A DNA stretch of 64,000 nucleotides from Octopus sinensis (taxonomy: Eukaryota): NCBI RefSeq assembly GCF_006345805.1, contig NC_042999.1, forward strand, positions 135,160,001 through 135,224,000, given 5' to 3'. Made by a program: the position numbers and the translations under genes. This document shows positions 11,930-23,353 of the stretch, one piece after another. Positions within the stretch are counted from its first letter, which is position 1; every line of letters begins with the position of its first letter. The notes under the pieces were generated by a model. That model made no database searches and was not told where the DNA came from. It worked only from the letters and a program-made list of their open reading frames with translations.

Positions 11930-12760
11930 GAATTGCCATACAGCTGAAAGTGCAATTAACTTTATGAAGGTGGAGAAAATAGCTGAACTCTTAAGGGTAG
12001 AGTTGTAAGAATATAAGAAAATGGGATACACATTAATTTACTAACATTGTTAGTATGTATAACACTAGCTAGGCTTAGTATCATCATCAATAACTGGTGT
12101 AACAATATCATTATAAACTGCTATGAAGGCAAAGATGATATAGAAAGAAGTAGCTGTAGAGGCATCAAGGTAATGGAGCAAGTTATGTAAGAGTCATAGC
12201 ACAATTGATGAGGAAAAGAACTAGCTTAGATATGATGATATCTGTGTTTGTGCTTAAGACTGGTTATTCATGAGAAATACTGTGTATCATTGACCTGGTT
12301 CTTAAGCTGAATCTTTTGAAGTTTTAAAGAAATTTTAAACAAGGAAGCATTACCTAGAATCAAGAGATTGCAGAATAAACTTAGCAAAGACCATACTTCA
12401 AGCTTATTGTAGATGCACAGGATGTGTAGTGGGATCATGAGTAGACTGACAGATGTGCAGGAATAGTTAGCAGCTAGAGCACCTGTGAAATAAATTTTTT
12501 CAAATGCTTAGAAGGTTCCCTAGAAGCAGTTGGTATTATTAGTGGAGATGGATGTTCAAAATGTCCAGAGCAATAACATGGTGGAAAAAGCAGAGGGTAC
12601 TATTATCTCTGTTGGTAACAAAGAAATTCTTTCTGAGAGAATCACAGATTATATAATACTTGTGTGCAAAGTGTGATGTTGCATGGTGGCAAAATATGGA
12701 CACTAATGTGAAAACAATGAAGTGGGATGCTTCAGGTGTGTAATGAACTAGGAAGATGAC
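11930..12760 (+). mobile_element. Old RTE-like RT fragment
   Basis: Degenerate translation IINCYEGKDDIERSSCRGIKVMEQV resembles the RTE RT N-terminal region seen intact at 35040-35240. Confidence 0.5.
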
Positions 12761-14689
12761 TGGCTATAAGAAAAATCAGATGTAGAATGCATGACAGAAA
12801 ACTGCATTAATAGAGAAACAAGATATATATGAGTATAAACTATTGGGATAAAAAGGGCCAAGATGACAAACAAGAAAGTAACGTATGTATTGATGTATTA
12901 CATAACTTGCACAATATCTTCTCCCAATTTGCAATGAGGCCTTCTGATCCCTATCCACCTCTCCCTAACCAAATTAGCAAAAGTGATATTGTTGCCCTCT
13001 ACAAAGCCTTTGATTAAATACATGGAAAGTTGACTCTTGAGAGATATGAACTCAGAACAGTGAGGAAACAAACTAAGGTATCCAGTTTAACAATATTGTT
13101 TCAGCCAGTTCCACTGTTCAATGTTCTCATATGATACTACACCCTTTCATTACTATAATTATATAGACTTTTGTAGGCACTGCCAAACTGGAGAGACAGA
13201 TGCAGTTGATGTTCAGTTTGACCATTTCTAGGGAAAACATAGGTGATAGGAAATGGAGAACTACTTAGGAATAATAGACAGTGTGTATTGCCTTTTGAGA
13301 AGGTATGCAGCTTTTTATTATTGCAGTTTAGCTGGACAAGAGGTACCTGTCTTGGCATTGAGAAATACACCTTCTAAATTAGATTGTTTTATATGTAAAT
13401 ATTCAATTTTACATAAATGATCTATTCCGTTCATGGTTGCATGGATTCAACAGTTATCAAATGGTGAAAAAAACATTTAATTCATCTTTTTAAATTCTAC
13501 ACACCAACCTTATACTTTTCAGGAAAAAATGTATGTATGCATACACATTTATTACCAGCATGAAAATAGAAATATTTATTACCAGCATGAATATAGAAAT
13601 ATTTAGTCAAATGCCCCATACCTCAGATATAAAGTAACAAGTCACATTTTGGCACAAGGTAAATAATTTCGGGGAAGGGGGTAAATCAATTACATAGACC
13701 CAGTGCTTGACTGGTACTTATTTTATTGACCCCCAAAAGAATGAAAGGCAAAGTCAACTTTGGCAGAATTTGAACTCAGAATGTAAAGATGGAAAAAAAA
13801 ATGGTGCTAAGCAGTGCTAACAGTTCTGCCAGCTGAACACCTTACAAGTCACAAATCATTTAAAAAATGTAAGTTTTCAATTAAATTTGTGGTGAAAATT
13901 TTCATATTCAAAACAACTGTGTTCAACAAATAAAGCTTAATCTAGTAAACCAATTTATTTTGCTGATTTTACAATGTGAAAGAGTAAATTTACACACACA
14001 CACATATATCTTTTTATCATTTACTTGTTTCTGTCATTAGACTGCAGCCATGCTGGGGCACCACCTTGGAGAATTTTTAATCAACTGAATTGACCACAGT
14101 ACTTTTTTTTCTTTTAAGGCTGGTACTTAATCTATCAGTCTCTTTGCCAAACCACTAAGTTACAGGGATGTGCACACACCAACACCGTTGTGAAACACAC
14201 ACAAAGACATACACATAGATATTTGCTTATTTACATTTCAGAGTCTATTATTATTGTTCATGTTATTGTCATTATTGTTATTGTGATTGTGGCTAATAAG
14301 TAGCTTATCATTATATTACATTTAAATATTTATTTCTTAAAATTAACATTTAAATGAGGTTGAGTCAAAAAGTAATTCAATTTTTATCATAGTTGGTGCA
14401 TTTTTCAATTAAATTATTTGATATTTGGTACAGATGTAAAGGCACATATTCTCTTGATCTTTGGTGGTTTAACTTTTTTTCCAGATTTATGAAAGAGCTG
14501 ATACCAAAATGCTTGAAGTACATCAGAAACAAAGAGCAATAAGTGAATTCCTTGTTACTGAAAGAGAAACTCCTGTAAACATTCACAAAAGAGTGGAAAA
14601 TGTTTACAAAAATTAAAAACTTTAGCCCCAGCAACTTATGGGAAATAGGCTCATTGTCTCAATGAAAATTCAACAGACCAAAAGGTATT

Positions 14690-15560
14690 GGTAAATTCAA
14701 GCTTAGCAGACATTCCTTGTAGTGATTGCTCATCAATTTCTGTCAACCCTGCCAACAAGAAAAAAAACCCAAAAAAACAGACCCTTTAATTAGAGCTGAT
14801 TGGTTCATAAACATTGGTAAGCTGGCATTAGAGCTTTGAGTTAGCCATGGTAGTGCTCACAACATTATCAAAGCACTTGCCTTTTTGGAAGTGTGTGCCT
14901 ATTGGGTAACAAAACAACTGACGGATGAGCACAGGACTGGAAAGGTTAACTGTTGTACTGAACTCTTTAAACTCAGCGAAAGAGACAAAACCATTTTTCA
15001 AAGGCTCACAACTGATGATGAAAATTGGATTCATCATTATGAACCAGAATCAAAAAGACAATTAATGGTGTCACCCAATGTATCCAAAGGCAAAAAAAGT
15101 CAGCTGTAAAAATCATGGTGACTGTCTTTTAGGATGCTCAAAATATTATTCTTGTTGATTTCTTGCAAAGAGAAGAAACAGTCAATTCTGAAACATACAT
15201 CGTGACCCTTAAAAGACTGAATAAGACCAAATTTGGAAATGAATGTTCTTTAACAGAATGCCCAGCCTCACTCAAGCTCGAGAACAAGGGAGGCAATCAC
15301 TTCTTTCAGGTGGACAACTCTATCCCACTCGTCTTTCTCACGTGACTTAGCACCCTCAGACTTTCATCTCTTTGGTCCAATGTAAAAGGGAATGAGAAGC
15401 AAACATTAAGGTAGTGATGAAGAATTGAAAACTACTACAAGGAACTGCTTACATCAGTAGCCAGCAAAGTTTTACAAAGCTGGGATACATACCCACATTT
15501 GTAGGTGGAACACTGCCATTGAAAGAGGTGGGTGGTGACTATGTTGCAAAGTAGGGAAGT
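14690..15560 (+). mobile_element. Mariner transposase remnant
   Basis: WVTKQLT...RLTTDDENWIHHYEPESKRQ...KIMVTVF...VNSETY; many stops. Confidence 0.8.
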
Positions 15561-15624
15561 GAACCTGTGATGTATATCTATATTTTGATGTACAATATGT
15601 TCAAATATGCTCCTTATGCATTTA

Positions 15625-15832
15625 CGAGGGGACACTGAAAAGTTCTTGGTTTTAAGGGTATCACAAAAAGCCTAGTTGAAGGTCCAATCTTCCGAGTTAT
15701 TTTACAGGGCTTAGAAAATCTGAAGAACTGCTGCAATAAGTGTGTGAATTTGAGAGGGGAATGAAACCATAATTAACTGATCCTCCTGTATTTTCTCTTA
15801 CTCAAAGCCAGGAACTTTTCTACACCCCCTCG
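15625..15832. mobile_element. Mariner-derived MITE
   Basis: TIRs CGAGGGGACACTGAAAAGTTCTTGG / CCAGGAACTTTTCTACACCCCCTCG; TA on both flanks (15623-24, 15833-34). Confidence 0.8.
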
Positions 15833-17160
15833 TATTGCCCCCTTACCTACATAAAAACTGTAAAGTGCATCTACTGTCCCTGATATCCACAAGAAAATTT
15901 CCACTACTCCCAGGGAGTAGTAGTGTTTATTTTGAATGCTGAGGTAGTTGTTCTTGAAGACTATGTGCACTACTCTTCTCTTTTGACTGTTAATTACATT
16001 TCTGGTTTTGCACTCCATTTGATAACATTTTTAACATAGTGGTTTGGTAAAAATGAATATTAATAACGTGTTGAGAAGGCTTCCAGTGCATAACTTAGCT
16101 AGTGTATGTTCTGTAATAAACAGTCCCACCTTACAAGAGATAGAGTAACTAACCATGTGAAGTACAGGATGCAGAGTGTAGAAATGGAAAGGTGTCAACA
16201 AAAACAAATATAATTTTAAACACATTTAAAATCAAAATTGATATTAGTATGTGTAATCGGTGTGGGTTTAACATGAAAAATAAGTGACTGACCTTAAAGT
16301 AGAAAATTCATAATTTTATTATATTTTTCAGAAAATACATTGTACTTAAATAAAAAAAAAAAAAAAACATATTTGTCAGATTTATCTGTTGATGTGGTAG
16401 TTTTTGTGAAGACTTGTGAGAAAACTCTCAGAATTCAAGACTTAAACTGGGACAACTGGAAAATGACATCAATGGTGAACTTTATTTCGGATAAGATAGA
16501 ATATTTTAGACAAAAAAAAAAAAGAAACCAGGACGAAAAAACATGAAATGACTGACAAAAACTGGGCACTCACAGAAAAATATTTGGGTAATATTGTCAT
16601 TTCTAACATATTTATAATCTATGCTGTACTTTTTTTCCCTACAGCTCTTCCAGTTCTCAAAGATAGAAACTAAGGTATTGAACTAAAAGGCAGCTGTAAG
16701 TATTCCATTGTTTCTAGACAAGACACTCTTCATGTCCCATTTCATCTAGCAGTCTGGAGTTAGTACCAAAATATCTGGAAACATTCTTAGACTTCATCGT
16801 CAACATGAAGAAGCTGATGATTTCCTGTATCTTTTTTCCCAGATATTCATGTTGATACTTCAATAGGATTTTATTTTTATCTCAATAATATATAAGCTAT
16901 TTCTTACTAAAACACATCTTCATTATTTCCGTCTAAATTTACCAAACCTTACTTTATCATCTAGCTTTTCTTCAATTTTCTTGTCCTACAATTTCATAGG
17001 GCTTAGTTTTTTTTTTATTTTTGCTAGAATAAAAACAATAAAATACAAGAACAAATTTTCTACTTTGAGCATATTGAACCTTAAAAATACAAAATATGTT
17101 TCACAACAAAATATTACTTTAGATTTAAAGACTCTGAAAACAAAAACAGATAAAGATTTA

Positions 17161-20100
17161 CTATGGGTCTAATACACGAATTCTTTTGGTGAGAACTTGT
17201 TTTGGAAAAAGGGCATCTTTTACGAGATCATGGAGTTCATTCAATGCCAAATTTGTTTGTAATTTAACAGCTTCATTGTGTTCTTCAGATTTAATAGATT
17301 TCAATAATTTATATAAATCCTTTAAAATGTCTTCTAGAAGAACAAAAGTATCTTTTCCAAGTCCTTGTAACAACTGTGTAATCAAAAGAACTGCAGCAGC
17401 TCGCACCTCAGCACTGCTATCATGTTTTGCCAAGCTGCTACAGCAAGAGAATATCTCATAAATAACATTGCCTAATGAGAAGCGGAGAAGTTTACAAACC
17501 TCACCAAGATTAGATAGGCAGCTAGCACGCACCAAGAAATCATTGTCTTTTGTACCTTGTAAAAATGCATTGAGTAAAATGTTTTTAAATTTCACCACAG
17601 TTTCACCAAGTCCTTGCGTCACCTTTACAAGACATTCTCCGAGTTTGATTTTCAACTCAGATGAAACAGCTTCACCATTGTGGATTTCTGATTCAGGATC
17701 TTGGAATAATTTAATTATCCTCGGTACCACTTTATTAGGAAAATGATCAGCCATAACAGATAGGCCTTTCACAGCAGAAAGATAGATGTAGGAATCTGGG
17801 TGGGTCAATTTTTCTTCAAAGATATGTAAAATAAGATCTTGCTTTTTGAGAGTCTCTTCATCTTTGTTTTGAATTAGTTGTGTCAATACAATTAGTCCAT
17901 GACCCTGAACAGGCACTAATGAATCATACGTATCTTTTAATGCTGACTGTAACTCAGACAAATGAGAATCCTTCTCCTTGGGGAAATTGTAGCTCATCTT
18001 GAAAGTGTTAGCTGTTGCAAATTTTGGTTGTAATGTATTGTTTTCAGGTAGACTATTTTTCAGGTTTGATCTGTTACTATCTTTGGTAGATATTTCATCA
18101 ATGTTGGATACTATGGTATTGGAATCTGGCTGACACAAATGTTTCTCTTTATTTTCTCTCTCAAGACTCTGATCTACTGACTTGTCAGTGGAGAACAAAG
18201 CAGCTTTGTTCCCCAAAACAGTTTTGTTCTCACATGGTTCCTGTGAAGAATTTTCAATAATCTCTATAAGTTTTTGATCTTTTTTAGAATCTGTAGTTTT
18301 TGTAGATTGTTCATTATCTAACATAACAGCTGAGTCCATATCAGGCCAAACTGCTCCGTATGTGGCAACAGCAATACGCAAGCTAGATGCCATTGATTTA
18401 ATACTATGGTCATCTGTACTCGTAATCACATTCTGAAGAAGGGGAATAAATGTTCTCATACTATTTTGTTCTTCATTAGACATTTCCATGGCACTTGCCA
18501 CAACAGCTGTCAGAAGGCCTAGGGACATAGTTAAAATTTCATTTGTGAAAATGCTTTCAAAGTCAAACTCATTTTCATTAGCTTTACAGCAGCATTTAGC
18601 TAGAGCAGCTTTGATGAATTCTAGTATATATTTAGTATTACTCTTACTACTAAAGTTCTGCTTCTCATAAATTGCTGCTATGAAAGTGAGAATTTTCAAT
18701 TGATAAAATATTTCATCAGAATTGCATGAAAAGCTCTGAGGATTTATATCTAAACTATTTTTATCTAAATTCTCTGGAAATTTGCTACATGAACTCACTT
18801 TTGAAGTTAATGCTTGAGTAAGGCTCTGAAGCATGTCTATAAATAAGTTTTCTGATAATTTATTGGGTTTTATTTTATCAAGCAAATCCATTAGGTTATC
18901 AATCATATCTGAATCTTCTGAAAAGAAATCATACTGTCTCTTTTTCTTATCATCAAAAACAACACTAACAGCACCATTACTCTCTACTATAAAATCTAAA
19001 CAAGCATGCATTAAAGGAATTTTGAATTGAGAGACTTTGTTTGTGGTGCTGAAAATAAAAGATTTCAAACACATAACTGCATTTTTCTCATCAAGAAATT
19101 TTAAATAAGTCAATAAAAGTTCTTCTGACAATTTTTTAACATTGATAGGTGCATCATTCCAACAAAATAAACAAAAAATAACATGGATAAATTGTTTCAA
19201 ATTGGTTAACAAATAAGAGTGTGGTTCACAACCAAGAACAAAGATTTTGTGGCAATTTTGCAGACATTTGCTAAATTCACTTTCATTAATTACAGATGCA
19301 CCTTGCAAAGTTGTATCTTTATGTAAATACCCAGTGCAAGTATAAAAAGGACCAAAAATATACCGTAAACAGTATTCTTCAAAGATATCTGGCTGTTGCT
19401 TACAAACAATATTCATTGTACAACAGGCAACACGCAAGTATTGTTGTGACATCTCCATATCATTGCATTTAAGTAATGCATTTACTTGAGGCAGTATTAA
19501 ATTATAATAATTATCAACTTCTTCATTCAAAGGAATGTTAGCAATCACTTTTGAAATACCATCACATATTTTATCTTCATCAATTGGGTTTTTGGAATCT
19601 GAGAGTGATGCATCAAGCATACCTTGAACAATATACAGCACTCCATTAGGTTTAAGAAGAATTTTTGTTAAATTCAAACTGCAAGCATTTTTTAGCCACT
19701 GAGGAGCTGGTGAAAAATTAGAAGGGGAAAATTTTATATCAGAATTTCTCTCATTCAGTTTTTTAAGAAGTTTTGGTGCTGGGACACCTTGCAAAAATAC
19801 AAGTTCCCTAACCAAAGATGGTTGATAAGACCCATTGATCAGTTTTTCAAGAAACTTTTGACAAAATGTGATGTCTTCGACAGTAACAAGAGCATGGCTT
19901 GTGACATTTTCCCGACTTGTCTCCATTGGATTACACGATCTAGAAGAACTTGGGTTGTTTGTAATTTCGGCTGTCGTTTTCGAAGGGAAAACATCACAAT
20001 AATTTATATTTCCAGACATCAAACTTTCAATTAAATAGTTAGAAGATAATTTTCTCAAATCGATATTGTTTTCCGTTTCAGTCGGAGAGGGCTTTTGTGG

Positions 20101-20760
20101 AGGATATTTTTTAACTCCATAGCACAACTGGAATATCACAGCAAGACAATCTCCTAAATGACGTGACAAGAGTAGACTACCCAGCGACGTTCGGTTGAGA
20201 CAAACTGAAAACAGGCGAGCAACCTGTAATAATCTAAACTGTCTTTCTAGTATTGATTTAGCCTCCGGTTTACAAGATAACAACAACGAACCATAATCGG
20301 ATCTTTGCTGTAGCGGAATGCCAACACCTTTAGCAAAATAAGGATAAACTCCGAGATAAATGATAAACTGGATAGTTCTACTGAACACTTTCTGTTGCAT
20401 GATGCTCAGTATATCAGAAGGAGCAGTATCTTTACTATTTAACTTTTCTACTTTATCATTCCGAGTGAGATCCTGAAGAATTATTAATAAAGCTTCGTTG
20501 AGAATAAGGCAGGTAGATGCAAATTTCCATTTAAGACTAGATTCAGATGAGAAATAATGCGCTTGCCTTCTGGTATAGAATGAATTCAAACTTTGGAATT
20601 TGGCATCTTTACAGAGTTTGCCGCAAAAATTTTCAAAACTATTTTGAAGTAGGAAATCCAGCTCATCAAAATTTGATGACTCTTTATTCAAGATCTCCCA
20701 TTTGCCAGGAGAAACCAAAATTTCCATTGCTTCTATAGTTATTGTCAGTTGAGATTCCAT
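17161..20760 (-). CDS. TANGO6: Transport and Golgi organization protein 6 homolog (RTP1/TMCO7 family, HEAT/ARM repeats), 1199 aa, intronless CDS
   Basis: GVGIPLQQRS, RHLGDCLAVIFQL, LVRELVFLQG, APQWLKNAC...PNGV, DSLVPVQGHGL, DSYIYLSAVKGL, VRASCLSNLGEVC, C-terminal KRIRVLDP. Confidence 0.93.
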   Translation of the reverse strand: MESQLTITIEAMEILVSPGKWEILNKESSNFDELDFLLQNSFENFCGKLCKDAKFQSLNSFYTRRQAHYFSSESSLKWKFASTCLILNEALLIILQDLTRNDKVEKLNSKDTAPSDILSIMQQKVFSRTIQFIIYLGVYPYFAKGVGIPLQQRSDYGSLLLSCKPEAKSILERQFRLLQVARLFSVCLNRTSLGSLLLSRHLGDCLAVIFQLCYGVKKYPPQKPSPTETENNIDLRKLSSNYLIESLMSGNINYCDVFPSKTTAEITNNPSSSRSCNPMETSRENVTSHALVTVEDITFCQKFLEKLINGSYQPSLVRELVFLQGVPAPKLLKKLNERNSDIKFSPSNFSPAPQWLKNACSLNLTKILLKPNGVLYIVQGMLDASLSDSKNPIDEDKICDGISKVIANIPLNEEVDNYYNLILPQVNALLKCNDMEMSQQYLRVACCTMNIVCKQQPDIFEEYCLRYIFGPFYTCTGYLHKDTTLQGASVINESEFSKCLQNCHKIFVLGCEPHSYLLTNLKQFIHVIFCLFCWNDAPINVKKLSEELLLTYLKFLDEKNAVMCLKSFIFSTTNKVSQFKIPLMHACLDFIVESNGAVSVVFDDKKKRQYDFFSEDSDMIDNLMDLLDKIKPNKLSENLFIDMLQSLTQALTSKVSSCSKFPENLDKNSLDINPQSFSCNSDEIFYQLKILTFIAAIYEKQNFSSKSNTKYILEFIKAALAKCCCKANENEFDFESIFTNEILTMSLGLLTAVVASAMEMSNEEQNSMRTFIPLLQNVITSTDDHSIKSMASSLRIAVATYGAVWPDMDSAVMLDNEQSTKTTDSKKDQKLIEIIENSSQEPCENKTVLGNKAALFSTDKSVDQSLERENKEKHLCQPDSNTIVSNIDEISTKDSNRSNLKNSLPENNTLQPKFATANTFKMSYNFPKEKDSHLSELQSALKDTYDSLVPVQGHGLIVLTQLIQNKDEETLKKQDLILHIFEEKLTHPDSYIYLSAVKGLSVMADHFPNKVVPRIIKLFQDPESEIHNGEAVSSELKIKLGECLVKVTQGLGETVVKFKNILLNAFLQGTKDNDFLVRASCLSNLGEVCKLLRFSLGNVIYEIFSCCSSLAKHDSSAEVRAAAVLLITQLLQGLGKDTFVLLEDILKDLYKLLKSIKSEEHNEAVKLQTNLALNELHDLVKDALFPKQVLTKRIRVLDP

Positions 20761-21340
20761 GATGTAAATGAATTAAGAATACAATGGCAAAAACGTTTAG
20801 GTGAATTAGCAGATACAAAACAAATAACAATCAACCGCCATGCTAAATATGCAGCATTTTGGTTTCCTTTCACTGAAGAGTGTAGAGAGAGGGAGAGGAG
20901 AAAAGTATGGGGAAATAAAAGAGAGATGAAAAGAAAATAGACTAAAAGAAGAACGATTAAAATAGAGAGATTAAGAGTTATGCAGAGCATTTAGCAGAAA
21001 TTACAAGGATGAAAGCGAAAATGACAATCACTGATGTCTCAAATGATATTTTAATGAAGAGAGGTGTAAGATATCAGAGTGACTTCCCTTGAGTATCAAT
21101 CTTTCTAACGGATGTGTTGCTCACCACTCGTACGAATCCCTGAATTAAATTGCGATTCAAAACATTACCTTAATTGAGGAAATGGATGGGACATTACAAG
21201 TCAAGAAACATCACCACAAAAGCACTTCCAAGAGTAGTCATCGGCATAAAAGTAAAAAGAAGTACAAATCGTAAGAAAATCTATTCTATTTTTTTCTCGT
21301 TTGTTTTTTCAGAGTAAAGCCAACCAAAGGGGGAGCTTAC
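20761..21340. promoter_or_regulatory. Head-to-head TANGO6/Cactin 5' region (shared or overlapping promoter; TANGO6 5' UTR intron acceptor at 20873)
   Basis: ATGs 421 nt apart and divergent; minus-strand ~70-nt polypyrimidine tract ending CTCTTCAG at 20873. Confidence 0.6.
21182..21270 (+). CDS. CACTIN: Cactin exon 1
   Basis: [14 protein letters not shown]...KKYK; donor GTAAG 21271, phase 2 matches exon 2. Confidence 0.75.
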
Positions 21341-23319
21341 TGTATGACAAATTTTAGTCTCCCTTCCTTTTCTACTCTAAACACAAGGCTCGAAATTTTG
21401 GGGGAGGGGGGCCAGTCGATTAGTTTAACCCAATACGCAACTGGTACTTAATTTATCAACCGCGAAAGGATGAAAGGCAAAGTCGACCTTGGCGGAATTT
21501 GAACTCAGAACGTAAAGACAGACGATACCTATTTCTTTATTACCCACAAGGGGCTAAACATAGAGGGGACAAACAAGGACAGACATAGGTATTATGTCGA
21601 TTACATCGACCCCAGTGCGTAACTGGTACTTAATTTATCGACCCCGAAAGGATGAAAGGCAAAGTCGACCTCGGCGGAATTTGAACTCACAACGTAACAG
21701 CAGACGAAGTACCGCAAAGCATTTCGCCCGGTGTGCTAACGCTTCTGCTAGCTCGCCGCTAAGCATTTCACCCGGCGTGCTAACGTTTCTGCCAGCTAGT
21801 CTTCCTTTCGTGTATACATTCATGTTGAAGTAAACTCTTAGGAAAATTTCTCTAGTCAGGAAATCTTGTTATATTTGAAGTAATGTCTTTTGAACCTGTG
21901 TTTTGTAGTCATCAACTTTTACAGTGTTACATATTTGATCCTTAGAACATCAGCTAACTCTTAAATACAGGTGCGTTTAATTTTTACTCACAAAATAACT
22001 AATCTAATTACGACATTCCAGTACATTATTTTAGCCTTATATTCGAATGTTTTGTAAGGTACGTCTAACATGAGAGACTTGGATGCACTGGTTAATGGTT
22101 CTTAATCACATGTATTGAACTGTTTACTTGGTTTACACACACACACACACACTTTATCGAACGAATTATGGAGCCTCTGCGTGGTCTCTCGACCTGTTAG
22201 AAATAGTAGCCAGAGCTTCAAATCGCACCCTACTGTCTTAAAAAGATAAAAAGTGGGTAACGTAATCACAAATATTTAAAAAGGGCGAAGTTTCGCTAGG
22301 AAATCTGTGCTACTACAACCGAAACTATGCCTTAAAAAGATAGGATGGTCAAAGCTGGAATGTTCGATCGGGGTTAACCAGTGGCTAAACGACAAAAATA
22401 ACATTTCTCTTCGTAGAAATAAAACATTGTTTCGATGAATTATCTTTAACTTCCGAAAAGTTATCCACAATGCTATAGGGAAAAGATAACAAAGTTAATT
22501 TTTATGCATTCCGACCTTCATTTCCTTTCATTTTCTAGCCCGCATTTGCACATCCCCAAAGATTTTGATGAATCAAAACGGTTAATATCTAGATCCGCAC
22601 CCGGTGGAAAAAATGGAAACGCAAATGTGTAACAGTATATATATGTGTGTGTGTATATATATGTGTGTGTATATATCTGTGTGTGTGTATATATATGTGT
22701 GTGTGTATATATATGTGTGTATATATATGTGTATGTGTGTATATATATGTGTATGTGTGTATATATATGTGTGTGTGTATATATATATGTGTGTATATAT
22801 ATGTGTATGTGTGTATATATATGTGTGTATATATATGTGTGTATATATATATGTGTGTGTATGTATATATATGTGTGTGTGTATGTATATATGTGTGTAT
22901 GTATATATGTGTGTATGTATATATATGTGTGTGTATGTATATATATGTGTATGTATATATGTGTATTTTTTCCACCGGGTGCGGATCTAGATATTAACCA
23001 TCAAAACAGCTCTTTCAAACTGGTGAAATCGCTGTGATTGGGCTATCTTTCGCTTTGACTCGAATTTTGTCAACAAATTACTCGGTAATTTTCATGAGCA
23101 CATGTCTTGTGCGTGCTTGTTCCTGTGTGTGTGTGTGTGTGTGTGCGCGCACGCGCGTGTGCGTATGTGCTTGTTCTTGTTTGTGTGCATGCTTGTTCCC
23201 GTGCGCGTGCTTGTTCCTCTGCGTGTGTGTGTGTGTGTGTGTGTGCGCGCACGCGCGTGTGCGTATGTGCTTGTTCTTGTTTGTGTGCATGCTTGTTCCC
23301 GTGCGCGTGCTTGTTCCTC

Positions 23320-23353
<34 letters not shown>

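Noticed and set aside
17186-20738. Plus-strand ORFs inside TANGO6
   Set aside because: Shadow ORFs antisense to a long real CDS.
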